Position numbers and translations under genes: made by a program. Below are positions 29,158-39,569 of a DNA stretch of 64,000 nt, one piece after another. The notes below the pieces were generated by a model that had not been told where the DNA came from, did no database searches, and saw nothing but the letters and a program-made list of their open reading frames with translations. The DNA is from Desulfobacteraceae bacterium (GTDB taxonomy: Bacteria > Desulfobacterota > Desulfobacteria > Desulfobacterales > RPRI01). The stretch is taken from contig JAABQB010000008.1 in NCBI GenBank assembly GCA_011391695.1, forward strand, positions 2,719-66,718. The letters run 5' to 3'. The stretch's first letter is position 1; each line of letters begins with the position of its first letter.

Positions 29158-31425
29158 GTGAGTAAACCGCTTGTTGTTGTCGAATCACCCACAAAAGTGA
29201 GAACGATTAAAAAATATCTTGGAAATGGTTACAAAGTAGTATCAACGGTAGGACATATAAAGGACCTGCCTTCGAAAAAAATCGGGATTAATATTGAAGA
29301 GGGTTTTCAGCCCGAATATGTTATTATTCCCGGAAAACAGAAGGTAATATCCAATCTTAAAAAAGAAGCCGGCGACTCTATCGATATATATCTTGCGCCC
29401 GACCCGGACAGGGAAGGTGAGGCAATAGCCTGGCATACTGCGGATATTTTGAAAAAGAAGGGAAGAAATTTTCACCGGGTTCTTTTTCATGAACTGACCC
29501 GAAATGCCATACTTGCTGCGATTGCAGCCCCTGAGAATCTGAATGAAAGCAAATTTGAAGCCCAGCAGGCACGACGGATTTTAGACAGACTGGTAGGATA
29601 TCAGGTCTCTCCTCTTCTCTGGAAAAAGGTAAAAAGAGGTTTAAGCGCCGGGCGCGTTCAATCAGTCGCCCTTCGTATCATATGTGAAAGAGAGCGCTCA
29701 ATCCAATCTTTTATATCCGTGGAATACTGGTCGATAACGGCACATCTGGATACCTTTGATAAGTTATCCTTTTCGGCGAAACTAGTAAAGAAAAACGGGG
29801 AAAAGATCGATATTTCAAATGAAGAAACTTCTTCGGGCATAACCAGGGAATTATCCGGCGCCACTTTTACTGTTGAAAAGGTCCTTAAAAAATCGACATT
29901 AAGAAACCCTCTTCCGCCTTTTATTACAAGCAAGCTGCAGCAGGATGCCATAACAAAGTTAAAATTCTCCGCTAAAAAAACCATGACGGTTGCACAGCAG
30001 CTTTATGAAGGGATAGACCTCGGCCCGGGTGAACCGGTCGGCCTGATAACCTATATGCGAACCGATTCCACCAGGATATCGAGGGAGTCCGCCGAAGAAG
30101 CATTAAAACTTATAAGAGAAACCTTCGGAGATAAATATTCTCTTAAAGAACCAAGGTTTTTCCGCAACTCAAAAAGAGTGCAGGACGCACATGAAGCCAT
30201 ACGGCCTTCTTCCGTTTACAATACCCCTGAACAAGTTGCTCCGCACCTCTCAAAAGACCAGCTTGCACTCTACACTCTCATATGGAAGCGGTTTATGGCA
30301 TCCCAGATGACACAGGCTGTTATAGACAAGGTCACCGTCTCGATATCTGCCGGCCCATATATCTTCAACGCGAACGGCTCTGCGGTCAAATTTCCCGGGT
30401 TCATGTCACTTTACATATCAGCTGATGAAGATACGGAAGAAGAAAAGAAAAAAATGCTTCCTGACCTTTCAGAAGGCGTGGTCTTAAATCTTAATAAACT
30501 TGAGCCAAAGCAGCATTTTACACTTCCTCCCCCGAGATTTTCCGAAGCCTCCCTTGTAAAAGAGCTTGAAGAAAACGGAATCGGCCGTCCGAGCACTTAT
30601 GCCGCCATTCTGTCAACGATAAGGGAAAAAGGCTATGTCGATTTTGTAAAGGGCTATTTTAACCCGAGTGAACTCGGATTCATTGTAAATGATCTCCTTA
30701 TAGAAAGCTTTCCGAATATATTCAACGTGGATTTCACAGCCAAAATGGAAGACGATCTTGACCGTATAGAAGGCATGGAAGCCAAGGCGCTTGATGTCCT
30801 GAGCCGTTTCTACAAATCATTCAAGAATGAGCTGGATAAAGCATCTGAAGAGATGCTCAGTGTCAAAGGAGTGGGTTTCCCGACCGGTCTCAAATGCCCC
30901 GAATGCGGAAATGAGCTGAAAATAAAGGTCGGGAAAAACGGCCATTTTCTTGCATGCAGCGGTTATCCTGAATGCTCCTATTCCAGGGATTACAAGAGGG
31001 ATGAAAAGGGCGCGATCCAGCCGGTCTCACAGTCGTCAAGTGAAGCTACAGACCTGGTTTGCGAGAAATGTCACAAACCAATGGTGCTGAGGCATGGAAA
31101 GTACGGAGATTTTTTTGCCTGCTCCGGATATCCTGAATGCAGAAATACCCTGTCATCCAATTCAAACGGACGGATACAGACTACAGGAGTCAAATGCCCC
31201 GAGAATAATTGCTCCGGTGAAATATTTGAAAAAAAATCAAAAAGAGGTAAAGTTTTCTTCGGATGCAGCCGTTATCCCGAATGTACATTTGCAACATGGG
31301 ACAAACCTGTAGCAAAAGAATGTCCGTCGTGCGGTGCAAAGTTTCTTCTCGAAAAAACTACAAAGAGAAGCGGTTCATTATATTATTGTGCTGCAAAAGA
31401 TTGCGGATATAAGGAAAATAATTGA
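29158..31425 (+). CDS. topA: DNA topoisomerase I
   Basis: VVVESPTK, PDPDREGEAI, SAGRVQS, LITYMRTDS, GIGRPST; C-terminal zinc ribbons. Confidence 0.98.
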   Translation: MSKPLVVVESPTKVRTIKKYLGNGYKVVSTVGHIKDLPSKKIGINIEEGFQPEYVIIPGKQKVISNLKKEAGDSIDIYLAPDPDREGEAIAWHTADILKKKGRNFHRVLFHELTRNAILAAIAAPENLNESKFEAQQARRILDRLVGYQVSPLLWKKVKRGLSAGRVQSVALRIICERERSIQSFISVEYWSITAHLDTFDKLSFSAKLVKKNGEKIDISNEETSSGITRELSGATFTVEKVLKKSTLRNPLPPFITSKLQQDAITKLKFSAKKTMTVAQQLYEGIDLGPGEPVGLITYMRTDSTRISRESAEEALKLIRETFGDKYSLKEPRFFRNSKRVQDAHEAIRPSSVYNTPEQVAPHLSKDQLALYTLIWKRFMASQMTQAVIDKVTVSISAGPYIFNANGSAVKFPGFMSLYISADEDTEEEKKKMLPDLSEGVVLNLNKLEPKQHFTLPPPRFSEASLVKELEENGIGRPSTYAAILSTIREKGYVDFVKGYFNPSELGFIVNDLLIESFPNIFNVDFTAKMEDDLDRIEGMEAKALDVLSRFYKSFKNELDKASEEMLSVKGVGFPTGLKCPECGNELKIKVGKNGHFLACSGYPECSYSRDYKRDEKGAIQPVSQSSSEATDLVCEKCHKPMVLRHGKYGDFFACSGYPECRNTLSSNSNGRIQTTGVKCPENNCSGEIFEKKSKRGKVFFGCSRYPECTFATWDKPVAKECPSCGAKFLLEKTTKRSGSLYYCAAKDCGYKENN

Positions 31426-31450
31426 TAATCATTAAACGCGGAAAATCTGC

Positions 31451-32293
31451 ATGAAATTCGGCGGCTACGAGTGTGCTTCCATAGAACTTGGAAATTTTTT
31501 TCTTGATGGCGGAGCCATGTTTGGCGTTGTTCCCAAAATACTCTGGGAAAAGAAAATTCCTTCTGATGATAACAATCTCATCCCCATGAAAGCAAGATCC
31601 CTCCTGATACGGGGAAAAGGGAGAAACATCCTTGTGGATACAGGCCCCGGGAAAAAATTATCTGAAAAAATGAAAAAACAATATGGTATTGCCGACCATT
31701 CAACCGACGTAAATGTATCCCTGTCAAAACATGGCCTGACATGCGACGACATAACTGATGTAATTATAACCCATCTTCACTTTGATCATGCGGGAGGATC
31801 AACAATAATTGAAAACGGGAATGCTGTCCCCGCATTTCCAAACGCAAAATATTACATTCAAAAAACACAGTTTGAAACGGCGACCAACCCGGGACCCGGG
31901 GAAACCTCAAGCTATACAAAAAATGATTTTGTGCCACTTAAAGAATCGGGTGTGCTGAAAATGCTCGCCGGGTCATGTCTGTTTTCAGACGGCATCGAAA
32001 TTCTCGTCACAAACGGCCATGCAAAAGGTCAGCAGCATCCTCTTATAAGGGGAGAATCAGCTTCGCTCTTTTTTTGTGCCGATCTCATTCCGACATCTGC
32101 ACATATCCCCGCATCATGGCATATGGCGTATGACAATTATCCTTTAACCATTATTAAGGAGAAAGAAGAGATCCTTTCAAGAGCGCTTAAAGAAAACTGG
32201 ATCCTCTTTTTTGAACACGACCCTTATATAATTGCAGCCACAATCAGGCAGGGCAGAAGAAGCATGGAACCGGATGAAATAATCGCGTTATAG
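31451..32293 (+). CDS. MBL-fold metallo-hydrolase (YtnP-like)
   Basis: DGGAMFGVVPK, THLHFDHAGG, FEHD. Confidence 0.9.
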   Translation: MKFGGYECASIELGNFFLDGGAMFGVVPKILWEKKIPSDDNNLIPMKARSLLIRGKGRNILVDTGPGKKLSEKMKKQYGIADHSTDVNVSLSKHGLTCDDITDVIITHLHFDHAGGSTIIENGNAVPAFPNAKYYIQKTQFETATNPGPGETSSYTKNDFVPLKESGVLKMLAGSCLFSDGIEILVTNGHAKGQQHPLIRGESASLFFCADLIPTSAHIPASWHMAYDNYPLTIIKEKEEILSRALKENWILFFEHDPYIIAATIRQGRRSMEPDEIIAL

Positions 32294-32427
32294 TCTGAAA
32301 CTCCCGTTTTTTTATCTGCGCAACTCCGCGTTTTTGATTAATACAGAATTTTCACAATAATATCTTGACAAGGAAAATGAACACTGTTAGTCATGTGTAA
32401 AACTTCAGGAGATTTATTAGATTTAGA

Positions 32428-32526
32428 ATGAACTATTCAGACATTAACAACCTTATTAGCATTATTATCGTCCTCGTGGTCGGGATGCTTCTCCCCCTGC
32501 GAGGAAAGAGGTTGGTAATGGCTTAG
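32428..32526 (+). CDS. ilv operon leader peptide (32 aa)
   Basis: MNYSDINNLISIIIVLVVGMLLPLRGKRLVMA with an Ile/Leu/Val run, upstream of ilvD and a terminator. Confidence 0.85.
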   Translation: MNYSDINNLISIIIVLVVGMLLPLRGKRLVMA

Positions 32527-32548
32527 CTTTTAAACATATTTAAAATAC

Positions 32549-32591
32549 AAAAACCGTTATCAGCCGAAAAAGCTGATAACGGTTTTTTTTT
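32549..32591 (+). terminator. Attenuator terminator of the ilv-leu operon
   Basis: 16-bp stem AAAAACCGTTATCAGC/GCTGATAACGGTTTTT with T tract. Competing antiterminator at 32510-32524. Confidence 0.85.
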
Positions 32592-32603
32592 GGAGAAAAT
32601 CTT

Positions 32604-34274
32604 ATGAAAAGTGATCTGGTTAAAAATGGTATAGAAAGAGCTCCTCACAGAAGCCTCTTTAAAGCGATGGGATACACCGACAGGGAAATCGGAAGACCTC
32701 TTATCGGAATAGCTAATTCAGCCAACAGCATAATTCCCGGACATGTCCATCTTGATAAGATAGTTGAAGCTGTCATGGCCGGAGTTTACATGGCCGGAGG
32801 GACTCCGGTTGATTTCGGGGTAATCGGAGTTTGCGACGGCATCGCAATGAACCATGAAGGAATGAAATATTCACTTGCAAGCAGGGAGTTGATAGCCGAT
32901 TCGATTGAAGTCATGGCAACCGCGCACCAGTTTGACGCTTTAGTGCTTGTTCCCAATTGCGACAAAATTGTGCCCGGTATGATGATGGCGGCAGCCCGCC
33001 TTAATCTTCCATCAATAGTGATAAGCGGAGGGCCTATGCTCGCGGGGCGCCATCCTGATAATCCATCATCTGAAAAAATCGATCTTATCAGCGTTTTTGA
33101 ATCTGTAGGAGCTGTCCTTTCAGGCAATATGAGCGAAAAAGAGCTTTCTTTGATAGAAGAAGCGGCCTGCCCTACATGCGGTTCATGTGCAGGAATGTTT
33201 ACTGCAAATTCCATGAACTGTCTGACAGAAGCAATCGGCCTGGGTTTACCCGGAAACGGAACCATACCGGCTGTTATGTCGGCCCGCTTGCGGCTTGCCA
33301 AAGAGGCCGGCTTTCAGATTATGAACCTGCTTGAGAAAAATATAACTCCCCGGAAAATATTGACCGGGAAAGCTTTCCGGAACGCCATTACTGTCGACAT
33401 GGCCCTTGGCTGTTCGACAAATACCGTTTTACATCTTGCGGCCCTTGCTGCAGAGGCAGAAGTTAACTTCGATCTTAAGATTATAAATGAAATAAGCAAG
33501 GCCACTCCACATATATGCTCATTGAGTCCCGGCGGGAAACATCATCTTGAAGACCTTGACAGGGCAGGAGGAATACCGGCTGTAATGAAAGAACTTTCCG
33601 GGGCAGGATTGATTTACGATGATTGCATAACTGCCACAGGAAAGACGGTTAAAGAAAATATTGAAAGCGCAAGGATTATTGATAACTCTATTATCCGTCC
33701 ATCAGGCAGCCCCTATCATAAGGAAGGAGGGCTTGCTGTTCTTTATGGAAATCTGTCCCCGGATGGATGTATCGTTAAACAGACCGCTGTTCTTGATGAA
33801 ATGCTGAAGCACGAGGGGCCGGCAAGGGTTTTTGATTCGGAAGAAGATGCGACTAGATCCATTATGGCAGGAGATATCCGAAAAGGTGATGTTGTTGTAA
33901 TACGTTACGAAGGCCCAATGGGCGGTCCCGGAATGCGTGAAATGCTGACTCCGACATCTGCCATTGCCGGCATGAAATTAGACGCCCATGTTGCTCTATT
34001 GACTGACGGCCGCTTTTCAGGAGGAACCAGAGGAGCATCCATCGGGCACATCTCTCCGGAAGCCATGCAGGGTGGCCCGATTGCCGTCATTAAGGAAAAT
34101 GATCATATCGCCATCGATATTCCCGGCAAATCAATAACACTCAAGGTTTCGCAGGAGGAAATCACAAAAAGGTTATCGGCATGGTCAAGGCCTGAACCAA
34201 AGATATCTCATGGCTATATGGCAAGGTATTCACGGATGGTTTCTTCAGCAGACAGAGGAGCAGTAATCAAATAG
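32604..34274 (+). CDS. ilvD: Dihydroxy-acid dehydratase
   Basis: [38 protein letters not shown]. Confidence 0.97.
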   Translation: MKSDLVKNGIERAPHRSLFKAMGYTDREIGRPLIGIANSANSIIPGHVHLDKIVEAVMAGVYMAGGTPVDFGVIGVCDGIAMNHEGMKYSLASRELIADSIEVMATAHQFDALVLVPNCDKIVPGMMMAAARLNLPSIVISGGPMLAGRHPDNPSSEKIDLISVFESVGAVLSGNMSEKELSLIEEAACPTCGSCAGMFTANSMNCLTEAIGLGLPGNGTIPAVMSARLRLAKEAGFQIMNLLEKNITPRKILTGKAFRNAITVDMALGCSTNTVLHLAALAAEAEVNFDLKIINEISKATPHICSLSPGGKHHLEDLDRAGGIPAVMKELSGAGLIYDDCITATGKTVKENIESARIIDNSIIRPSGSPYHKEGGLAVLYGNLSPDGCIVKQTAVLDEMLKHEGPARVFDSEEDATRSIMAGDIRKGDVVVIRYEGPMGGPGMREMLTPTSAIAGMKLDAHVALLTDGRFSGGTRGASIGHISPEAMQGGPIAVIKENDHIAIDIPGKSITLKVSQEEITKRLSAWSRPEPKISHGYMARYSRMVSSADRGAVIK

Positions 34275-34300
34275 ATATATCGCGAGCATGGAGATAGTAG

Positions 34301-36004
34301 ATGGAAAAGATGGAGAACAGAACACTGACAGGAGCCCAAATCCTGATGGAGATATTGAAGAGCGAAGGTGTCGATACAATCTTCGGATATCCCGGTGGCG
34401 CGGTTATAGATATTTATGACGCGCTTTCAAAAACAGATATCAGGCATATCCTTGTGCGGCACGAACAGGGAGCAGTTCATGCCGCCGACGGATATTCAAG
34501 GGCAAGCGGCCGGGTTGGCGTATGTTTGGTTACTTCAGGTCCGGGAGCAACCAACACGGTAACGGGTATAGCATCGGCATTCATGGATTCCATACCTGTT
34601 GTAGTTCTAACAGGGCAGGTACCGACACATTTGATTGGCAATGATGCTTTTCAGGAAGTTGACATAGTCGGAATCACAAGGTCGTGCACCAAGCATAATT
34701 ACCTTGTCACAAAGGCTGAAGATCTTGCGGGAACTTTAAAAGAAGCTTTCTATCTGGCAAGATCAGGCCGCCCCGGTCCTGTTCTTGTTGATATCCCAAA
34801 AGATATTGCAAGAACCATGGTTCAATTTACGATGCCTGAAGAATCTAATCTCAAGTCATACAGGCCTACTTACAACCCGAACATAAAACAGCTGCAAAAG
34901 ATCATTTCTTTAATCGAAGAATCTGAAAAGCCTGTTATTTTTGCAGGAGGAGGAGTAATTCTTTCAAAAGGTTCGAAGGAACTCACGGAATTTGCCAGGA
35001 AAACAAAGATTCCGGTTACGGCTTCCCTTATGGGGCTTGGCGCATTCCCTGGATCTGATCCGTTATGGCTCGGCATGATAGGCATGCATGGCACTTTCAG
35101 GGCCAATATGTCTGTGGGAGCCTGCGATCTTCTGATAGCTATAGGTGTGCGTTTTGACGACCGCGTTACAGGAAAAACCGACTCCTTTGCTCCAAATGCA
35201 AAAATAGTACACATAGATATTGATCCGACGTCGATACGCAAAAACATTCCTGTATCAGTTCCTGTTGTCGGAGACTGCCGGATTGCTCTTGATCAGCTTA
35301 ATCAGATGACAGGCAAGGCTGATTCCGGCAACATTACCAAAAAAAGACAGAAATGGTTTAACCAGATCAACAGATGGAAAATTACGAAGCCTCTTTCATA
35401 CAAACAGAAAGAAACGATAATGCCTCAATACGTTATTGAAAATCTTTTTAATATGACGAAGGGAAAAGCAATAGTTACGACTGAAGTTGGTCAGAACCAG
35501 ATGTGGGCAGCACAGTATTACCACTTTGACAAACCGGGCCATTTCATCACATCAGGAGGCCTGGGATGCATGGGGTTTGGACTTCCTGCTGCTATAGGGG
35601 CACAGGTAGCATGTCCCGGAGAACTTGTTGTGGATATTGCAGGTGACGGAAGCATACAGATGAATATACAGGAACTGGCAACCGCTGTTCAGTATTCCCT
35701 TCCGGTCAAGGTGGTCATATTAAACAACAGATATCTTGGTATGGTAAGGCAATGGCAGGAGCTGTTCTACGATAAACGCTACTCTTATACATGCATGGAT
35801 CATTCTCCGGATTTTGTTAAGCTTGCCGAAGCTTACGGTGCTGTTGGTTTAAGAGCAACAAAACCGGAAGAGGTCGTGCCTGTCCTTAAGAAGGGTCTTA
35901 ACTCGGATAAAACAGTCATAATGGATTTTCATGTTGAAAGAGAAGAAAACGTATACCCTATGGTTCCTGCCGGAGCGCCTTTAACTGAAATGCTCCTGGT
36001 TTGA
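34301..36004 (+). CDS. ilvB: Acetolactate synthase large subunit
   Basis: FGYPGGA, RHEQGA, TSGPGATN, GDGSIQMN ThDP motif, GMVRQWQ. Confidence 0.97.
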   Translation: MEKMENRTLTGAQILMEILKSEGVDTIFGYPGGAVIDIYDALSKTDIRHILVRHEQGAVHAADGYSRASGRVGVCLVTSGPGATNTVTGIASAFMDSIPVVVLTGQVPTHLIGNDAFQEVDIVGITRSCTKHNYLVTKAEDLAGTLKEAFYLARSGRPGPVLVDIPKDIARTMVQFTMPEESNLKSYRPTYNPNIKQLQKIISLIEESEKPVIFAGGGVILSKGSKELTEFARKTKIPVTASLMGLGAFPGSDPLWLGMIGMHGTFRANMSVGACDLLIAIGVRFDDRVTGKTDSFAPNAKIVHIDIDPTSIRKNIPVSVPVVGDCRIALDQLNQMTGKADSGNITKKRQKWFNQINRWKITKPLSYKQKETIMPQYVIENLFNMTKGKAIVTTEVGQNQMWAAQYYHFDKPGHFITSGGLGCMGFGLPAAIGAQVACPGELVVDIAGDGSIQMNIQELATAVQYSLPVKVVILNNRYLGMVRQWQELFYDKRYSYTCMDHSPDFVKLAEAYGAVGLRATKPEEVVPVLKKGLNSDKTVIMDFHVEREENVYPMVPAGAPLTEMLLV

Positions 36005-36048
36005 TTTGTAATGTATGGATCACCTCCAAAAGAGTTAGAGATTATATT

Positions 36049-36208
36049 AGGAATCAAGGGTTCAAGGATTCTAGAATTCAAGTGAAAGGGAAGCCTGTTA
36101 GAATTTAGTCAGAGATATAAGATAGATTGAAAAGGGTACGCAAGAAGTTGATATAATAATCAGAAAACAAACACTCGAACCCTTGAACCCTTGAATCCTG
36201 GAACCCTT
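36049..36208. repeat. 8-mer-unit inverted repeat element (family 1, copy b)
   Basis: AGGAATCA AGGGTTCA AGGATTCT AGAATTCA AGTGAAA ... GAAAACAAACACTCGAACCC TTGAACCC TTGAATCC TGGAACCC. Confidence 0.8.
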
Positions 36209-36248
36209 TCTCTCAAAATATTAATGAACAAAAAAGGAACTGATTTTT

Positions 36249-36728
36249 ATGCCAGAAGAAAAGCATGTGCTGACAATGCTTGTAGACAACAAACCCGGGG
36301 TTCTTTCAAGAGTTGTCGGTCTTTTCAGCGGAAGAGGATTTAATATTGAAAGCCTCTGCGTAGCTGAAACTATTGACCCGCTTATATCAAGAATCACGGT
36401 TGTAACAAAGGCAACCGAATCGGGAATAGAGCAAATTGAAAAACAGTTGAACAAGCTCATAAATGTAATCAAGCTCAGGAAGGTTTCCGGGCCGAAATCG
36501 GTTCAAAGAGAAATGGCACTGATATATGTGATGGCAAAAAATGGCCAGCGCGCTGAAATATTGAGAATTGTTGATATATTCAGGGGGAAGATAATTGATG
36601 TCGGTACAGACCATTTTGTTATCGAAGTAACCGGAGATGAAGAGAAAATATCAGCAATAATAAATCTTCTCAAACCAATGGGAATTAAGAAAATATCCAG
36701 AACTGGCATCATCGCCCTGTTCAGATGA
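36249..36728 (+). CDS. ilvN: Acetolactate synthase small regulatory subunit
   Basis: ACT domain LVDNKPGVLSRVVGLFSGRGFNIESL. Confidence 0.95.
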   Translation: MPEEKHVLTMLVDNKPGVLSRVVGLFSGRGFNIESLCVAETIDPLISRITVVTKATESGIEQIEKQLNKLINVIKLRKVSGPKSVQREMALIYVMAKNGQRAEILRIVDIFRGKIIDVGTDHFVIEVTGDEEKISAIINLLKPMGIKKISRTGIIALFR

Positions 36729-36740
36729 TTTATAAAGATT

Positions 36741-36845
36741 CAGGCGTATAGACTGTAGGCTTTTAGACTGTAGCAACACTCCATGCAGGACCATACAAAG
36801 ATTCTATCTTGCACAACGACTAACAGCCTTCAGCCTAAACACCTG
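36741..36845. repeat. Inverted repeat element of a second family (AGGCTGAAG-like units)
   Basis: 26-nt imperfect inverted repeats: CAGGCGTATAGACTGTAGGCTTTTAG versus the reverse complement of CTAACAGCCTTCAGCCTAAACACCTG. Confidence 0.75.
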
Positions 36846-36888
36846 TGGAGTTAACAGGCTTTAATACACGTAAAACAAGGAGAAACCG

Positions 36889-37938
36889 ATGGCACTGATA
36901 GATTTTGGAGGAGTTTTGGAAGAAGTAATAACATCCGAGGAATTTTCTCTCGGGAAAGCTAAAAGCATACTGAAGGATGAAACTGTTGCCGTGCTGGGAT
37001 ATGGCGTACAGGGACCGGGACAGGCCTTAAATCTAAGAGATAACGGCATCAATGTTATTGTCGGCCAGCGTGAAGAGAGTAATTCATGGGAACGCGCAAA
37101 AGCCGATGGCTTCATTCCCGGCAGGACCCTGTTCCCGCTGGAAGAGGCAGCAAAAAGAGGCACGGTTATTCAATTTTTACTATCGGATGCCGGTCAGGTT
37201 AAGGCATGGCCTCAAATAAAGAAGTGTCTTAACCGGGGAAATGCGCTCTGTTTCTCCCACGGATTTTCTATTGTATATAAGGATCAGACAGGCATCATTC
37301 CCCCTGAAGATGTTGATGTTATACTTGCAGCACCGAAAGGATCAGGACGAACAGTCCGCACAAACTTTCTGAACGGAAGCGGAATAAACGCGAGTTTTGC
37401 GATACATCAGGATTACACAGGAAGAGCAAAGGAAAGAATTCTTGCCCTTGGCATTGCTATCGGCTCCGGCTATCTTTTTCACACCACCTTTGAAAGAGAG
37501 GTTTACAGCGACCTGACCGGTGAACGGGGAGTTTTAATGGGATGTCTGGCCGGCGTAATGGAGGCACAGTACAATCTTTTGAGAAATCACGGGCACAGCC
37601 CCAGCGAGGCATTTAATGAAACTGTTGAAGAACTGACGCAGAGCCTGATACGTCTTGTAGCCGAAAACGGTATGGACTGGATGTTTTCCAACTGCAGCAC
37701 GACAGCGCAAAGAGGCGCACTTGACTGGGCGCCCAAGTTCCGCGACGCAGTAACCCCGGTATTTGACAATCTTTATCAGAGCGTTATATCAGGAAAAGAG
37801 ACAAAAAGGGTTCTTGATGCGAACAGCACTTCCGACTACAGGGATAAGCTGCAAAAGGAACTGGATGAAATCCGTAATTCCGAAATGTGGAAAGCAGGAG
37901 CCGCTGTAAGATCATTAAGGCCTGAAAACAGGAAATAA
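36889..37938 (+). CDS. ilvC: Ketol-acid reductoisomerase
   Basis: GYGVQGPGQALNLRD, FSHGF, APKGSG, SDLTGERG, CSTTAQRGALDW. Confidence 0.95.
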   Translation: MALIDFGGVLEEVITSEEFSLGKAKSILKDETVAVLGYGVQGPGQALNLRDNGINVIVGQREESNSWERAKADGFIPGRTLFPLEEAAKRGTVIQFLLSDAGQVKAWPQIKKCLNRGNALCFSHGFSIVYKDQTGIIPPEDVDVILAAPKGSGRTVRTNFLNGSGINASFAIHQDYTGRAKERILALGIAIGSGYLFHTTFEREVYSDLTGERGVLMGCLAGVMEAQYNLLRNHGHSPSEAFNETVEELTQSLIRLVAENGMDWMFSNCSTTAQRGALDWAPKFRDAVTPVFDNLYQSVISGKETKRVLDANSTSDYRDKLQKELDEIRNSEMWKAGAAVRSLRPENRK

Positions 37939-37964
37939 AATGAGGAACATTTTGGGAGAGTGCA

Positions 37965-39569
37965 ATGGAACCTGTCCTTTTATACGATACGACATTAAGA
38001 GATGGAACTCAGGGAGAAAACATCAGTTTTACCGCTGATGAAAAAATAGTTATTGCAAGAATGCTTGACGATATAGGCATACATTACATTGAAGGAGGAT
38101 GGCCCGGTTCTAACCCCAGAGATAAGCAATTCTTCGACCTCGCAAAGCGAACAGAGTTTATTAATTCACGTCTTACTGCTTTCGGCTCAACCCGCCGGCC
38201 CGGCATCTCTCCTGATGATGATCAAAACCTTATAGCTCTCATTAACAGCGGAACCCCGGCCGTTGCGGTTTTCGGCAAAACGTGGGAACTTCACATAGAG
38301 CAGATAATGGAAAACACCCTTGAGGAAAATCTTGTAATGATAAGAGACTCCGTAGAATTCCTGAAGAACAATGACCGCGAGGTTATATATGATGCCGAAC
38401 ATTTTTTCGACGGATACAGGGAAAACCGAGACTATGCCCTGAAAACCCTTGATGCGGCAATAGAAGGCGGGACTGATTTCATTGTTCTTTGCGACACAAA
38501 TGGAGGGAGTCTCCCCTTTGAAATTGAATCAGCAATAGCCGATGTTCAAAAAGCTCTTGGCAAAAAATACCGTAAAAGAAATCAGGGCGGCAATATCAGA
38601 ATAGGAATTCATACACACAATGATTGCGGACTGGCTGTGGCAAATTCGATTATTGCCGTAAATACCGGTGCCGTAATGGTCCATGGAACTGTGAACGGAT
38701 ACGGAGAAAGATGCGGTAATGCTGACATGACGTCTCTCATACCCATATTATGCGCAAAAATGGAGAGGAAATGTTTACCAAAGGAAAGTCTTTCAAAATT
38801 GACAAAATTGTCGCGTGCTGTGAGTGAAATGGCCAACATGATTCCGTTGAGCAGCAGACCCTTCGTCGGAAAAAGCGCTTTTGCGCACAAAGGAGGAATT
38901 CATGTCAGCGCTATCATGAAAGAGCCGAGGGCTTACGAGCATATGTATCCCGAAATTGTTGGAAACACCCGCCGTGTTCTTGTGTCCGACCTTTCAGGAA
39001 AAAGCAATGTGGAATACAAAGCAAGGGAGCTTGGCTTAGAGCTTGGAGGCAATGGATTTAACAGCCGCAAAATTGTTTCTGAAATAAAGCGCCTTGAACA
39101 GGAAGGGTATCAGTTTGATGTGGCCGATGGTTCCTTCAAAATACTGGTCGAAAAGTTTACCGATCAGTTCAAACCCCTTTTCGATCTCGAATCATTCAGG
39201 GTTACAGTTGAAAAAGACAGGGATAAGCCATGTTCTGCGCATGCAACAATCAAAATTTCTGTTGGAGATAAAAACGAAATAACTGCCGCGGAAGGACACG
39301 GCCCGGTTGGAGCTTTGGATAACGCCCTGCGCAAGGCTCTTGGAAATTTCTATCCTGATCTTGAATCAATGCGCCTTGTTGACTTCAAGGTAAGAGTAAT
39401 TGACGGCCGCGAAGGTACTGCCGCAAGAGTAAGAGTTCTCATTGAATCACGAGACAAGGATGACATCTGGAGCACCATGGGTGTTTCTGAAGATATTATC
39501 GAAGCAAGCTGGCATGCACTCGCGGACAGTTTTCAGTATAAATTGGCAAAAAAGGGGAAAATGCAATGA
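37965..39569 (+). CDS. cimA: Citramalate synthase
   Basis: DTTLRDGTQGE, EGGWPGSNP, DAEHFFDG, HKGGIHVSA, SDLSGKSN. Confidence 0.92.
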   Translation: MEPVLLYDTTLRDGTQGENISFTADEKIVIARMLDDIGIHYIEGGWPGSNPRDKQFFDLAKRTEFINSRLTAFGSTRRPGISPDDDQNLIALINSGTPAVAVFGKTWELHIEQIMENTLEENLVMIRDSVEFLKNNDREVIYDAEHFFDGYRENRDYALKTLDAAIEGGTDFIVLCDTNGGSLPFEIESAIADVQKALGKKYRKRNQGGNIRIGIHTHNDCGLAVANSIIAVNTGAVMVHGTVNGYGERCGNADMTSLIPILCAKMERKCLPKESLSKLTKLSRAVSEMANMIPLSSRPFVGKSAFAHKGGIHVSAIMKEPRAYEHMYPEIVGNTRRVLVSDLSGKSNVEYKARELGLELGGNGFNSRKIVSEIKRLEQEGYQFDVADGSFKILVEKFTDQFKPLFDLESFRVTVEKDRDKPCSAHATIKISVGDKNEITAAEGHGPVGALDNALRKALGNFYPDLESMRLVDFKVRVIDGREGTAARVRVLIESRDKDDIWSTMGVSEDIIEASWHALADSFQYKLAKKGKMQ

